DNA of 64,000 nt from an uncultured Nitrososphaerales archaeon (GTDB lineage Archaea > Thermoproteota > Nitrososphaeria > Nitrososphaerales > Nitrososphaeraceae). The DNA is taken from positions 1-64,000 of the forward strand of contig CAVQMO010000001.1 of NCBI GenBank assembly GCA_963713605.1, written 5' to 3'. This document shows positions 21,710 through 34,110 of the stretch, piece after piece. The translations under genes and the position numbers were made by a program. How positions within the stretch are numbered: the stretch's first letter is position 1; each line of letters begins with the position of its first letter. Below the pieces are notes generated by a model. The model saw only the letters and a list, made by a program, of their open reading frames with translations. It had not been told where the DNA came from and made no database searches.

Positions 21710-22256
21710 ATGATCCCGTCCAGTCCTGGAAAAGAGCCGCCGGGACTAATTCATGTTGTAATAGAGATACCTAAGGGTAGCGGTGTAAAGTACCGAGGTC
21801 GACACCAAGAGCGAAATCCTTTATGCAGATAGAGTCCTTCCAACCTCGGTAGTATATCCTTGCAATTATGGATTTATTCCCAATACAATGGAACGCAATA
21901 GTAGCGACCCAGTGGATGTCTTTGTCATCGAAAATGAGTCATTATTTCCCTTTTCTGTAATCTCTGCACGTCCCCTTGGAGTAATATTGACCGAGGATCA
22001 GGGTGGAGATGACAACAAGATAATAGCAGTTCCGGAAAATCGAGTTGATCCCGAGTTCGCCAATATCGCGACTATTTCAGATATCCCGCTTCAATTTAGA
22101 AAGAAATTGGAATATTTTGTGAACCACCACAAGGACTTGGAAGAAGGAAAATTCGTTCGGTTGACCGGGTGGGGAGGTAAAGACTTGGCCGTTAAGATGA
22201 TTCAAAAATCTATAGACAGATATCAGAAGAAGCTAAAAAAGGAGACTTCGCCATGA
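21710..22256 (+). CDS. ppa: Family I inorganic pyrophosphatase, frameshift near 21795
   Basis: VIEIPKGS.VKY / ADRVL...YPCNYGFIPNT...DPVDV...EDQGGDDNKIIAVP...KDLEEGK. Confidence 0.9.
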
Positions 22257-23160
22257 TTAGGCTATTCATTTGAATTAGGGATAGAATTTCATATTTTCTA
22301 ACATGGTAAAGTTACGGGTCTGGCCGGAGAAATGGTTGATTCCTTTTTATGGTAGTTACCACTTTTGCGATAACACTTCCATCATATGATTGGTAACAAA
22401 AAAGTAGATCGGCTAGGGAAAAATTCTAGTTAAAACCTAGCCATCTACAGCTACTATATGCGATCCCTCATGCAGAGGCAGTACAGGGAGCGGTGATTTA
22501 ATCGACTGCCAAATTGTAATTGGGTAAGTTGCAATTGATTGTAGAAATCCATCTACTTAGAGTTTTGTCGAAAAAAAGTTACAATAACTAATAGGTGATA
22601 CTAAAAATGATAATTCTCTATAATAGGTTAAAGTGCACTGGTACCCTCAATCATGATGCGGCAGTATGTCTATAGTTGGTGAGGTAGAAAGAATTAAGAG
22701 TGTTAGGCGATGCTCGCTCTCGAATTCTTCAAATAAAATATGAAAACAACAACGAGGGGGCGACCATGCCTCATCCATGCCTAGAACTGGCTACCTACCA
22801 TCTCACGAGTGAAGTGTGTTCCCAGTTTGTTAAGGCCGCCAACCTGTCCGCAATCACAAATCTGTATGTGATCTATATACTTCTATTATTGTCTTTACTT
22901 CGCGTATAGTAATCACTACATTTTCCAAGCAGATGTTTATTTCTTAAGTACTCAAGATTGTGTCGCTAAATGATGGGAAACACACTGCTATATAAGTCTC
23001 TATCCCGCCAAATCAGGCTCAATGACTTCCATAAATTTAGGGGTATGTTGCGAATGATTCTCGAGACGCAACATACTCAAAATAACTCGGCTATTATCTA
23101 TTTATATTTAGATGATATTGTTTTATAGTATCTATATTCAAAATCCTTTTTATAATATGA

Positions 23161-23355
23161 ATGAAATACAGGAATAGAATGTCAGATATCTATGTAGGAG
23201 TTGAAGATAAGATGGCATGTATAATCATGCAAGATATCCACTCTGCATCATTTCACCTACAACATCACGTAACGGAGGATGGAACTATCATAGAGCTTGA
23301 ACCAAATTGCGAATATTGTCAAGTTTACATCGAAGAACAAAGGATACTACTATAG
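23161..23355 (+). CDS. Small hypothetical protein (His and CxxC)
   Basis: HLQHH...CEYC; AT-rich promoter-like region upstream. Confidence 0.35.
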   Translation: MKYRNRMSDIYVGVEDKMACIIMQDIHSASFHLQHHVTEDGTIIELEPNCEYCQVYIEEQRILL

Positions 23356-24424
23356 ATAAGTAAGTATTTTTATCCTAGCGTCTAAGCTGCTGTTTAACTA
23401 TTCAACTATTCATCCTGAGTATCTTCACCTACACTAACTATCACCATTGTCATCCTCGTCTGCATCCTTAAATACTTCTTATTCGGTTTTGTCCTCACAC
23501 ATTGTTCGCTCCTCCCACCTCTTCAATAAGGTTTTTTCGTTCCCGTTTGTACGGTTGGTCATTCTGCATAAGGGACTTGTATACTCATCTATCGTGTTGC
23601 ATAGATTATGCTAGAGCAGTCGCCTTGGTATCAATGACCCGAATATGGTCGTTAATGTCTGTGAGATTGATGGTTTTAGACACCAAACAAGGGTGCTGAT
23701 TATGAATTGCACTGTTTAGAAAATTTTAACTAACTTAAGAAACTATGAGGATTTATTATCCAACTGAAGCTGCAGCTGGAGCAGACGCCGAAAATGATAT
23801 TTGTGCTCGTGACTTTGTTCATGTATCTGCGTATGCAATTCGCAGACTATCACTCCTAAACACACGTCACATTCCTTACCTCTTCTCGGTACTACAATAT
23901 TCACACATAAACATCAAAGTCTCACAAATTGAGTGAGTCGGATCCCACCTAAATACTGTTTGGAAGCTTCATATTTGTCAGAGTATCTATAATCCCCTAT
24001 ACACCGAAGGATCTGGGTCTGATAAGGGCTAATAGATGTAAAATTCAACCCTTTTGTGGGGGTATGCTATTGCCAAGTTAAAGATGGTGGCTCGTAATTC
24101 GAGGTCAGGTAGGTCGCTAGTAACATGTACGTAATGCCGTGAGCGTGCAAGCTTAATTTAGAAGCCAAACCGAACCGAACCAAAGGAAGGGCCAACCTTC
24201 TAAAACTCAACAAAATTATACATGCATGTGAAACTCCACGATATATACTATAATTAATATTCGTAATGAATTTCTAATTTACCCTTGGTCGAGATTTATG
24301 ACAGTGAGCGTAGCAGTTATGAACAAAGGCAACAAGATAATTTGGATGTCAATTATGGCGAAAATGTGTCCCCCCTGAGGCAATAATATGTCATTACTGT
24401 GATTTAAAAAAATGTCCGTGTTGC

Positions 24425-24811
24425 TTGTTTGAAGTGAATTATTATTACAACTACGGATTATCTAGACGAAAAATAAGACTTTGTACCAATTGTTATAGTG
24501 AGGTTTACGGTAATGGACGAAAAATATCATCTGAAATAGTTACTAAGGCTTTCATAAGGATATGCGAGACAAGCACGAATTCTGCGACGGTTACAGATAA
24601 CCTTAGAAATTGTCAAAGGGTGAATTATTTTAACGCAGTTAAGTGCGCATTCGATATGAATTCTGAGGTGAGAGTATACTTAGGAGAGAATTGTAGTATT
24701 GACAAAAATCTAAGAGGATTATGGAGCTTTACCTATGCGATAATTAATGGGCGAGAACGTGGCATCAAAGTGTTAAACGCAGACCCCGATAATCTGGTCT
24801 TAGGCGTCTAA
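24425..24811 (+). CDS. Hypothetical protein with Zn-ribbon N-terminus, start uncertain
   Basis: In-frame CPCC upstream and CTNC within the ORF. Confidence 0.4.
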   Translation: MFEVNYYYNYGLSRRKIRLCTNCYSEVYGNGRKISSEIVTKAFIRICETSTNSATVTDNLRNCQRVNYFNAVKCAFDMNSEVRVYLGENCSIDKNLRGLWSFTYAIINGRERGIKVLNADPDNLVLGV

Positions 24812-25074
24812 TACAAAAAGATTTGTTTTTCTTCGTGACTTTAATTTGATTTTGAGCATCATTTATTTGAATATTGAACTTTTTATACTTCAATTTGATA
24901 TTTACAGTAATCCTGTTTAAAATACTTAAACAGTATGAAGAGCTCTACATCGCATCGTTAAGAAGGATACCAACTAACTCTAACTATTTGAATATGTAAA
25001 TCGCTAATTAGTCTGACCCAGCAATCTATATATCTCAGTATATTATCGGGAACATATAATAGTAAGGGACCCGA

Positions 25075-25266
25075 TTGGACACAGCAATAATTGTTGGTGT
25101 TATAGTAGGTTCTGTCGTAGCAATGGTACTGGTTTTTGGAAAAACAGTACTGGGTGTTGCATGGACGGGAAACATTACAAAAAGGTTTATCGCAGTACAG
25201 AGCGGGAATAAGAACAAAATTGTAACAACAGCACATGCAAGACAAGAACGATGGTTCAATAAATAA
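25075..25266 (+). CDS. Small single-TM membrane protein
   Basis: AIIVGVIVGSVVAMVLVF. Confidence 0.4.
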   Translation: MDTAIIVGVIVGSVVAMVLVFGKTVLGVAWTGNITKRFIAVQSGNKNKIVTTAHARQERWFNK

Positions 25267-25413
25267 TGCATCCTCAAAATTAAACAACGGCGATGGCAAT
25301 CGAAATTCTTCCCATGTTGAGAAGTAAAAAGGTCTCGACTTGTTGCTAAGCAAGGAATTTCCACATTTGATAATGTGACAATTGGAAGCATCAATGCGCT
25401 GCAGAACGGTTTA

Positions 25414-25479
25414 ATGTTCATATCCTATTCTCCACTGAGCTATGATGATGATGATGATGATGATGATGTTCATATCCTA
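25414..25479. repeat. (ATG)9 microsatellite with a flanking 14-bp direct repeat
   Basis: atgttcatatccta at 25414-25427 and 25466-25479; (ATG)9 at 25442-25468. Confidence 0.85.
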
Positions 25480-25876
25480 AAGGACTACAATATGATTCAA
25501 AATTATACTTCGGTGGATATATCTGCCATTACAACACCACAGTTAAGCATTTGAAAGAATAAAAGCACACCCAAAGGCATTTTATGGTACTATATGCTAT
25601 AGCCTTTAATGGATTACTACTATCTGATTGCAATTTATACCGAGAGCTGACAATCAGTTTAGAACTAGTAATATCATCATTTGTGTCATTCTTGTATTAA
25701 GAGAAGGAGTGTTCTGATACTCTTTACCGAAGGCAGAAAAGTAATTTTCTTTCATCAGATCCTTAGGGCATTGGTTGTCGAATTTCGTAGAGCAATCGCT
25801 TATTACGGGTTTTAGAATCCTTTGAGGGAATTACCTTGTTCTTTAACAAAAAGGAGAACAGTTAACTTAGAATTCA

Positions 25877-26317
25877 TTATCTTAATCCAATTACGGAGTT
25901 TTGTGGATGTTGACAGTTGCAGGCAGCACTTTTACAATGATTGTTTCTATCTTTATGGAGAGAGAAGGCGTGATTGCAATTCAGGTAATTGCATATGGGA
26001 TCCGGTTCCTCCTCTCCAAACACATTAATTATTGCCCTCGTAGGAGGGGGCTGTTGTTTGACGATCTCTATTTTCTCTTGTTTCAATCGCGATGTTCCTG
26101 CAACTAGTTTGCTGCTAGTTGCCGTATCACTTCCTATCCGTTGTTTCTCGTAAGGTAGAATTCTTTTCCCTAAAAGTTCATTCCTTTCTAAGCGCTCTTT
26201 TTTCCAATGACAACTCCAGCAGTATTTACATCTTACACACGTAAAGGAAGTCCTATTATCACAACATTTACAAATGTCGTATTTCCAGGATGAAGTTTCT
26301 CTGATGTATTCATGCAT
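25877..26317 (-). CDS. Cys-rich putative Zn-binding protein
   Basis: CKCC...CVRCKYCWSCHW...CNYLNCNHAFSLH...CNCQHPQN. Confidence 0.65.
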   Translation of the reverse strand: MHEYIRETSSWKYDICKCCDNRTSFTCVRCKYCWSCHWKKERLERNELLGKRILPYEKQRIGSDTATSSKLVAGTSRLKQEKIEIVKQQPPPTRAIINVFGEEEPDPICNYLNCNHAFSLHKDRNNHCKSAACNCQHPQNSVIGLR

Positions 26318-26603
26318 AGGGATTTGACCTTTTGTTTATTTTAATTGAGTATATCAAATGTAATGCTCTCAGCTTCAATAAAGCTTGACGTAAATGAAAT
26401 CAATTAATTCAATAGTTGAATATAGATCTATGCGACTAAAACGTTCTTTTCTGGGATGACTTTGAGCGACTGTCCTAGTTACACCGATATAGGAGCATGA
26501 TACTTTAATCATTAAACAAAGCCAAGGTCAAAAGTAGGGAGAGTTAGATCATTTCTTTTGTCGCTTTAATATAGATCATATAGAATCTACTTTAAATTAA
26601 TCA

Positions 26604-27320
26604 TTGTATCTTTGGTATTACAGAATAGAAGTGTTCCTTCCGATGAGAAGAGCGATGATTATCGTCGCGACGTTTTTCGTCATACCACTCTTTATTTCTA
26701 ATTTTGCCTCGAGTAATGCTTTTGGGCAGGATGAGTCTGAGACTTACATCTACTTAGTTGACTCTGAGCCTTTTGGAATTCCTTATTACAAGTGGACAGA
26801 ATCGTGGTGGAACTGGCTGGTTAGTATACCTTCTAGTTCCAACCCTGCCCTTGATATGGATGGTAAAGAATGTCAGAAAGGTATGCATTATAAGTACCCT
26901 GTCTTCTTCTTGGCGGGATCATTGAATAATACTGCCTCTAGGAATTGTACAGTTCCATCTGACGTATCAATATTCTTTCCGGCAACAACTTCCTATTGTT
27001 ATAATACTCTACTAGTGAATAGAACAGAAGACCAGCTTAGAGCTTGTGCCTCGCTACAAAAAAGCAATATGGATACGAAAGTAACGATTGATGGAAGTGA
27101 CCTTAACACATTTGCGTACAACATTACAAATACAAGGATGCAGTCAAACTTATTTGGAATCGAGGTACCGGATGACAACATTCTCGGGATATCCTCTCAA
27201 AATGTTTCAGGGATTGCAGCTGGTGACTGGGTTTTTCTGAAACCGAGTGTGTTTTTACCAGGGATTCTTAATATCTCATTTGTTGGGAACTTAAATGAAA
27301 CCTTGTCTGACGTTTCTTAA
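26604..27320 (+). CDS. Secreted hypothetical protein, probably C-terminally truncated
   Basis: Signal peptide; PFGIPYYKWTESWWNWLVSIP..NP..D.DGKEC...PVFFLAGS...RNCTVP. Confidence 0.75.
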   Translation: MYLWYYRIEVFLPMRRAMIIVATFFVIPLFISNFASSNAFGQDESETYIYLVDSEPFGIPYYKWTESWWNWLVSIPSSSNPALDMDGKECQKGMHYKYPVFFLAGSLNNTASRNCTVPSDVSIFFPATTSYCYNTLLVNRTEDQLRACASLQKSNMDTKVTIDGSDLNTFAYNITNTRMQSNLFGIEVPDDNILGISSQNVSGIAAGDWVFLKPSVFLPGILNISFVGNLNETLSDVS

Positions 27321-27396
27321 TTCCCTGAACATAACTGGGAGTAATAAATAAATCATACTTGAAATTGATTAAATTAATTTATATGAATATTGAACC

Positions 27397-28050
27397 TTAT
27401 CTAACAGAACCTATATTAAGAAAATCGCTAATACGTTTTAGGAGATCTGCGTTAATTTCTTCAATTGTACGATTTCCGTCTGTAGGAATCAATCCGTATC
27501 TCTTCTGCATCCTGTGAAATCCCTTTGCTAACATGTTTTGATACTTAATAAAGGACTCAAACATATCATCTGAGAGTCCCAAATCTACACAGAGATCGGT
27601 GAGTTTCTTTCCTACTAATTTGCATGGCCAGTCGCTGTCTGATTTCATTGACTTGGGAAAGTTGCCAAAAGATCTTTTGATGTTTGATAGCGCAGAGTTT
27701 GCCTACATAGATTCGGCAATGTTCCAGGGACCTTTCGCGCAAGACGTTGACACATGTGAAGTCGCAGTTATGACAGCCTGTACAAATCCATCAATCAATC
27801 AATTCTATGCGAGAAATCTGGTCCTCCATGGATCATGGAAACGACTTCTTACTTGGTATCAGATCTCGGATGGCGATCACTTGTGTGGTTGTTGTAGTCG
27901 TTTCGGCCAACTGGTCAATCGCGGATGTACACGGGAGCAGGCAAAAGAATTGGAATTACTATAAGAGGAACGCAGAAAGGAAGTAGCACAAATGCTAGCG
28001 CAAGGACATACAGAAACGGAGATCGCCAAATTGTTGCATGAACATTAGGT
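27397..28050. pseudogene. Fragments of mobile-associated hypothetical and HTH genes
   Basis: Minus ORF 27397-27648; plus-strand fragment EERRKEVAQMLAQGHTETEIAKLLH near 27965-28045. Confidence 0.35.
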
Positions 28051-28364
28051 CTCTGCATGTAAAAGGGTTCAATAGCATTTCCTATTTAGCTTTCTTTTTT
28101 GATTATCACTTCATATCTCTGCTTTGATTGATTGTCGAATCGGTATTATAGATGCTCCTGTCAATGTAGTTCGACTACATTAATAGACGTACAATAAAAA
28201 GTATATATCCTAGCATGAAGGTACATATGTATAACTAGGCATCTTTATCAATATAAATATCGATTTGCTATTTACGAATTATGCTATCGGTGCTCAACTA
28301 TTCCATAGATCAATAATGAAACAAGAGCAGGAAGAATTATTTTACTATCAGAGCGGAAATTCTG

Positions 28365-28721
28365 ATGAATCGAGACAATATTAGTGCATTAGTAATGGCA
28401 ATGACGATAGTAGTTTCTGTTATCGTTGGCTCTACAATATATTTCGATAATCCTAACATTAATCAGGCTTGGTCAGTACAAGAATGAAAGGATAAAGATT
28501 TGGTGGTAAGTGGTGTTCATTCACCGGAATTTCAATTCGAGAAAAACTACGATAATGCAACGAGGGCTGTCCAGACTGGAATAACTCAGCCGGCAATAGC
28601 AGCTGGAATGGTAGGAAATCATACTATGACTACGATCAATCTTAATACTACTCAGTTCCAGCAAATTGACAAGTCACAATTTAGAAAGGCACCAATGTGC
28701 TCTCTCGGTGGGATACAATAA
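28365..28721 (+). pseudogene. Scrambled remnant of a membrane-anchored thioredoxin-like (redoxin) protein
   Basis: TM N-terminus, then GVHSPEFQFEKNYDN, then QIDKSQFRKAP; CxxC core missing; internal stop. Confidence 0.6.
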
Positions 28722-28747
28722 AGTGGCAGGATATAGAAAATATCAAG

Positions 28748-30265
28748 TCATTTCCCAAGATTCGGTGCGACATATCCCTTGAGATCTTCCCCAATTATTA
28801 CGTCCTCTTCTGGGGGAATATAGTCAACTACTCCATACCTGCCAGGATATTTCTTTTGGGTTGCTAAGGCTACTACAACAAAGATTATAACAGATATTAC
28901 TGGAGGTATCAATGTATCTAGTCCTGCCAATTCTACTGGAATTATGAAGAATAAGGTCAGTCTAAGTAATGAACCAACAATGAGCGAAGACAATGCTGCA
29001 GGTGTATTGGCCTTCTTCCAGAATATACCAAATGTTAGTGGGGCCCACGCACCCGCAAATACGATATCAAATGCAAGGATAAGATAAACACCGGGCTGCG
29101 GGATCAGGTATGCAAGTACAAAAGCAGCTATCATCATAGGGATAGTGAAAATACGTGTTACCATCAACAATTTCCTGTCCCCCAATCCTGGGCGTTTTAG
29201 TATCCTTTTCAAGATATTTCTTTGAACAATGTTCCTCGACATGACACTGGAAATGGCGAGCAAGCCACCATTTGCAGTTGACATCGAGGCGCCAAGAACG
29301 CCCATGAGTAAGGCTAACCCAATAACGAATGGAACATGGTTAATCGCTAGATCAGGGTAAGCCGTATAGGGGTCAACCAGATCTGGCAAAAAGTATAGAG
29401 CCACTATCCCCATCATGCTTGTGGGAATAATGGTCAAGATTGTTAGTCCCGCTCCCATGAAGGCACCTCTACTCGCTGTTTTTCCATCCCTAGCTGCGAA
29501 CACTCTTTCCATGAAATCCAATGCTACAATGTCTCCTAGTGCCAAAGCCATGATTCCAGCCCAATTAACAAGGGCACCATTGCCCATATCCGTTAGTCCA
29601 GATAAATCCAAATACCCAGGTGGTGCGCTCCCAAGAATAGTATCAAAACTGACGCCCGCAAAGCCTCCTGCGAAGAATAGAAAAGCTGCCCAAAATGCAA
29701 CTATTGCCAAATAAATTTGAAAAATGTCCGTATATGCCGAGGAGAATAGACCCCCTGCGTAGGTATAGATTAGCACGATTATGGCACCAATTAGCATTGC
29801 CCATATGAAGTCGATATGTAAAACGACCGACAAGATGTAACCGGTTGCCGCAAAATTGCCTGCCACTAATACTACGAAGCTTAATCATCATGAGAATTCC
29901 AGAAATTCCTTCACTCGCATTGCCATATCTTCGGAAATAGAAATCTGGCAAAGTAAGCATTGACATTTTATTAAGTTTCTTTGCATAAAATATTGCAGTT
30001 AAGATGAGACATGGCAGCAAGTCCGATTGGAATGGCAGCTCCTGACCAGAATCCAAATTGATAAACAAGTGATACGTTTCCTAGTGAAGAATTACCATCG
30101 ATGGATTGAGGCAGCCAGCATAGTACCCACGAAGAAAAGCGGTAAGCTCTTGCCAGCGACCATAAACCGTTTGCTGCTTTTCTTTACAAGCTTCGAGGCG
30201 AGAGTCCCAACGATAACGGAAAGCGCCAAAAATGCGATGACCCCAATCGCATATCCGTCTACCAA
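28748..30265 (-). CDS. Sodium:solute symporter (SSS) family transporter; frameshifts near 30110, 30012 and 29880
   Basis: FMVAGKSLP, TLPDFYFRRYG, YTYAGGLFSSAYTDIFQ, GASMSTANG; TTG start with GGAGG upstream. Confidence 0.9.
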
Positions 30266-30622
30266 AGTGAGTCCTCCACTCTCTTTACAGAAGGTACGTT
30301 ACCACTAGTCAGACTAGAAGCAATAATGCCACCGAATTGCACATTGGTTTCTAAACGTGAAATTATATAAATTTTAGGCCAAATAATGTAAATTACGGAT
30401 ATGAGAGTGAACGAACATTCGTATACTACATGTGATTAGACGATAAAAAACAATTATTAGATTCATGTTCTTTAATTTCTCATAATCTGAATAGTAGACG
30501 ACTGAAATTCGAGATTTCAATTATTTATTAGGTGAGCGGTTCAAATCAATTATTAGAGATGACATTCTGATTCATTCATCAGACAAGCCTTATATAGTTC
30601 AAATCAGACACGTGGAGGATAC

Positions 30623-32327
30623 ATGGATCCTCGCACGGAGCAGCTGTTCGGTAATGGATTTAGCAGAAGTCAAGAGGGCGAGAGTCGTCGATATAATCTT
30701 TTGGCAGCTGCATTGATCTCAAACCTTATTAAAAATTCACTCGGTCCATGTGGATTGGAAAAAATGTATATCGATATAATGGGAGAGATTACTGTGACAA
30801 AAGATGGTTCAGCGATATTGAGAAAACTTGATGTTGAACATCCCGCAGCAAAAATTCTGATCGAGGCCGCCAATGCAGTAGATAATGAGGTAGGAGACGG
30901 TACTACTTCTGTTGTCATCTTATCGGGAGAATTATTATCCAAGGCACAAGAATTGTTGTTCTCTGGAATCGCTCCATCAATTATAATTGATGGGTATCTC
31001 AAGGGCCTAGAAATCTCACTTCAAACTCTCGATCAAATTTCAGTATCCTCAACAAGTATACACAGAGAAGTAATGAATAAGCTAGCCGAGACTTGTCTCC
31101 AAACTAGGTCTATCTCCGATGTAGTTGCTAGAGAAAATACCAGTGCTGCTGGTTTGGTTGTTGAGGCCGTTTGGAGTATAGCAGATTTAAGGAACAAAAC
31201 AATAGATGTAGATGATATCAAAATTGAGGAAAAACTGGGTAACTCTTCCGATACTACCCTAATAAGAGGCACGGTGATTGACAAGACCTTTGAAGCTTCA
31301 TTCGGGGCCAAACAGATTAAAAACGCCAAGATACTTTTGACTAACGAAGAACTCGATAGAAGCAGGACCCGGACTAATTCTGAATTAATTATATCATCAT
31401 TTGATCAGCTAGAGAAATACTACAGATCTGAATATGAACTGCTCGAAATAAAGGTACAGAATATTATAGATTCTGGTGCAAATATCGTGATTTCTCAGAA
31501 GGGAATAAACAAAATTGTCCAACAGCACTTATCAAGAGCAGGTGTTATCGCCCTTCATAGAGTCAAAGAAAATGACATACTGTGGTTGGAGAAATCAACA
31601 GGTGCAAGTATTGTTAAAGATTTGAATGACCCCATACCATCTAATAACTTGGGATACGCAGGGAAAGTGTACCAAAAATTGGTTGGCGATGATAAGATGG
31701 TCTTTATAGATGAATGTAAAAATCCCAAATCAATGACTCTCCTATTGAGGGCAAACTCAAAAAGAGGTACTCGATGAATACCACCGTTCTGTATTGGATG
31801 GATTTGCTGTTCTAAGAGATTATATTCTATCACCTCGAATAGTTGGAGGGGCTGGAGTTACTGAAATGAAGGCCGCAGCTATCATTAGAGATAGAGCTAG
31901 ACAAATTAAGGGCGGTGCTCAACTCGTTCTTCAGAAATTCGCTGAAGCATTAGAGGAAATACCAACCACACTTGCTAGAAATGCTGGGATGGATACCATC
32001 AACACGATAGCCCAATTGAGATCTAAACACTTGCCTGCTAATAGCAAGATTAGGTGGTATGGAATTGATCCAAAAAACAGAAAGGTGGAGAATATCATTT
32101 CGTCAGTAATAGAGCCATCCATTGTTAAAGAACAAGTTCTTAAAACAGCTGTGGAGGTAACCTGCATGTTACTACGAGTGGACGATGTCTTAATGGCTAA
32201 ACCAAAAATGCAGGCTCATACACACGCTGATGGTGTAGAACATTCACATCCAGGAGGAGACAAGAGGCATGATCACTATTTCGATCGACTAGGAAAACAA
32301 CAACGGCCCATGCATCACTATTATTGA
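30623..32327 (+). CDS. Divergent group II chaperonin (thermosome-like) with His-rich C-terminus; frameshift near 31765
   Basis: SLGPCGLEKM, TKDGSAIL, VGDGTTS, LARNAGMD, VIEP..VK, LRVDD; tail HTHADGVEHSHPGGDKRHDHYF...MHHYY. Confidence 0.9.
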
Positions 32328-33096
32328 TTTGAAACTTTCGGCGGTTTTGTTTTTATTCTTGTTCCGTATTCTCGTGGAGCCGGACCAGTTTTTCAATTGA
32401 TCCTGTCAAACAGTGGAACCAGTGAATTGCAAATGCATTCAACATAGGAAATATCACCAGTACTCCGATATCAGGCAAGACATACACGCGTTATTACACT
32501 GTCTGATCTTAAGTCTATGACTACTTATGGTATCTAAAGTTCCTTCTTAATGCGGGTCTAAATAACTCGTCTTTCATAGCATCTAAGGGTCAAGTTTTCG
32601 AGGCTGCTGTCCGGGTCTGTTTAACCAAGTAGTTAGGAATTGGATTAGGAAAATAAACCCCTTGCCGTCTACCAGCGATATAATCAATCAATCAATGAAT
32701 GATACAATATTTCCTATGCCGCCATGTAAATTATTGATATGCCACATTACACTATACTCACGGGATGAATACATTCCACACATGGTACGGGCCCATCTTG
32801 GTTTGATGCTCAATGTGTAAACACCGGGCCTACTCCGGTAGCACCTTCAACATTACGTCAAAATGTTGGTGGAGTCGCAGGCGGAGGTGAATTTACGGCG
32901 CAAGCAGTTCTAACAACTCCCTATGTTACTCAATCAACAGATATTGCAAATACGAAGGCTATAGGACAAACTTTTAGTGGAATCGTTATGCAGTAAAATT
33001 TGTTATTTTTACGGTGTGATGTATTGTACTAGCAACTACGATCTAAGAAATCGTAAGTGTGATTGATACTAATAAAATAGTGCTAGTAACTATTAA

Positions 33097-33369
33097 TTGT
33101 CAGAGACTCGCTATCCATACCCCACTCCCCGGGTCTATAAGTTACTGCTAATTTTATTAACAAAGAGTCAAGAATGTTTAACATACACTGTCGTGATTCG
33201 CATGACTAGCCGACTAAAAGAAGTCACTATGGAAGAGATCCCAGATATCACTAGCGATATGATTAAGAAACTTAACAAATTGAATATTAATTCAATCTAT
33301 CAATTAGCTGTTCAGAATCCGCACAAAATACATTACAAAATAGCAGCTAGTATCAGTCGGAAACAATAA
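33097..33369 (+). pseudogene. RadA-like N-terminal fragment cut by the HTH module
   Basis: MEEIPDITSDMIKKLNKLNINSIYQLAVQNP resembles the RadA N-terminal helical domain; similarity ends at the 33334 repeat. Confidence 0.45.
33334..33369 (+). repeat. 36-bp conserved block, copy 2
   Basis: tacaaaatagcagctagtatcagtcggaaacaataa; 31/36 identical to the reverse complement of 5636-5671. Confidence 0.8.
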
Positions 33370-33417
33370 CTACTACGGTAGTAACAGGTAACAGATCAAA
33401 AAGCTTTGTAGCGCGGA

Positions 33418-34110
33418 TTGCCAATAGAATATATTGCAAGTGGTATTAAACAAGCAAGAAAAAGAGCAGCTGGGGTCAAGCTATATCAAGAAGGTAAGCC
33501 GATTCGAGAGATTGCACAGCAAGGACATTTATCATTTGGAACTATAGGCAAGATCATTAGACGGATAAATAGTCTAGAAGGTGAAATTATGCCGAATGAT
33601 CTAAGCGGTAAAAGCAAAGTAACTCAAGCCTTATCCCTGTTCTTGCAAGGTAAGCGCCCCGTCGACGTTGCTATAGAATTAGATCTTTCGTCCAATGAAG
33701 TGGAGAATATATTACAAGAGTTTTGGGCTTTAAACCAGCTTCACGAGTTAGCATTTGCATATAGCGAGATCAACACCTTTCTGCCAGCATTTCTAAGGTT
33801 ATTTCATTTGTTGAAGGATCGTAAGATGCTGAATGAAAAGTATCTCTTAGAATTTCTAAAATATGCAGGCCAAGTTATACCCGAATTAACTTATAGATTA
33901 CAACAACTTGCAAACGAAGTCATAGATTTGGAATCAAAGAAAAAACTATCTATAGATGCGCTAACACAACTTGAGGATACGCTAAGCTGGTATCATAGAA
34001 ATACTGAGCTCAATAAACAAATCTTATCAGACTTGGAAAAAAAGATAAATCAAAAGCAAGTTGCATTAAATGAAAAACCAACAAAATCAATAAATTGGCC
34101 GGAATTGTAG
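33418..34110 (+). CDS. HTH/coiled-coil protein, paralog of 4959-5560
   Basis: LYQEGKPIREIAQQGHLSFGTIGKII; KRPVDVAIELDL; coiled-coil C-terminus. Confidence 0.75.
   Translation: MPIEYIASGIKQARKRAAGVKLYQEGKPIREIAQQGHLSFGTIGKIIRRINSLEGEIMPNDLSGKSKVTQALSLFLQGKRPVDVAIELDLSSNEVENILQEFWALNQLHELAFAYSEINTFLPAFLRLFHLLKDRKMLNEKYLLEFLKYAGQVIPELTYRLQQLANEVIDLESKKKLSIDALTQLEDTLSWYHRNTELNKQILSDLEKKINQKQVALNEKPTKSINWPEL

Noticed and set aside
30270..30620. Guanidine riboswitch between the SSS gene and the chaperonin, or upstream of the ureohydrolase
   Set aside because: No recognisable class I-III consensus by eye; an Infernal scan would be needed
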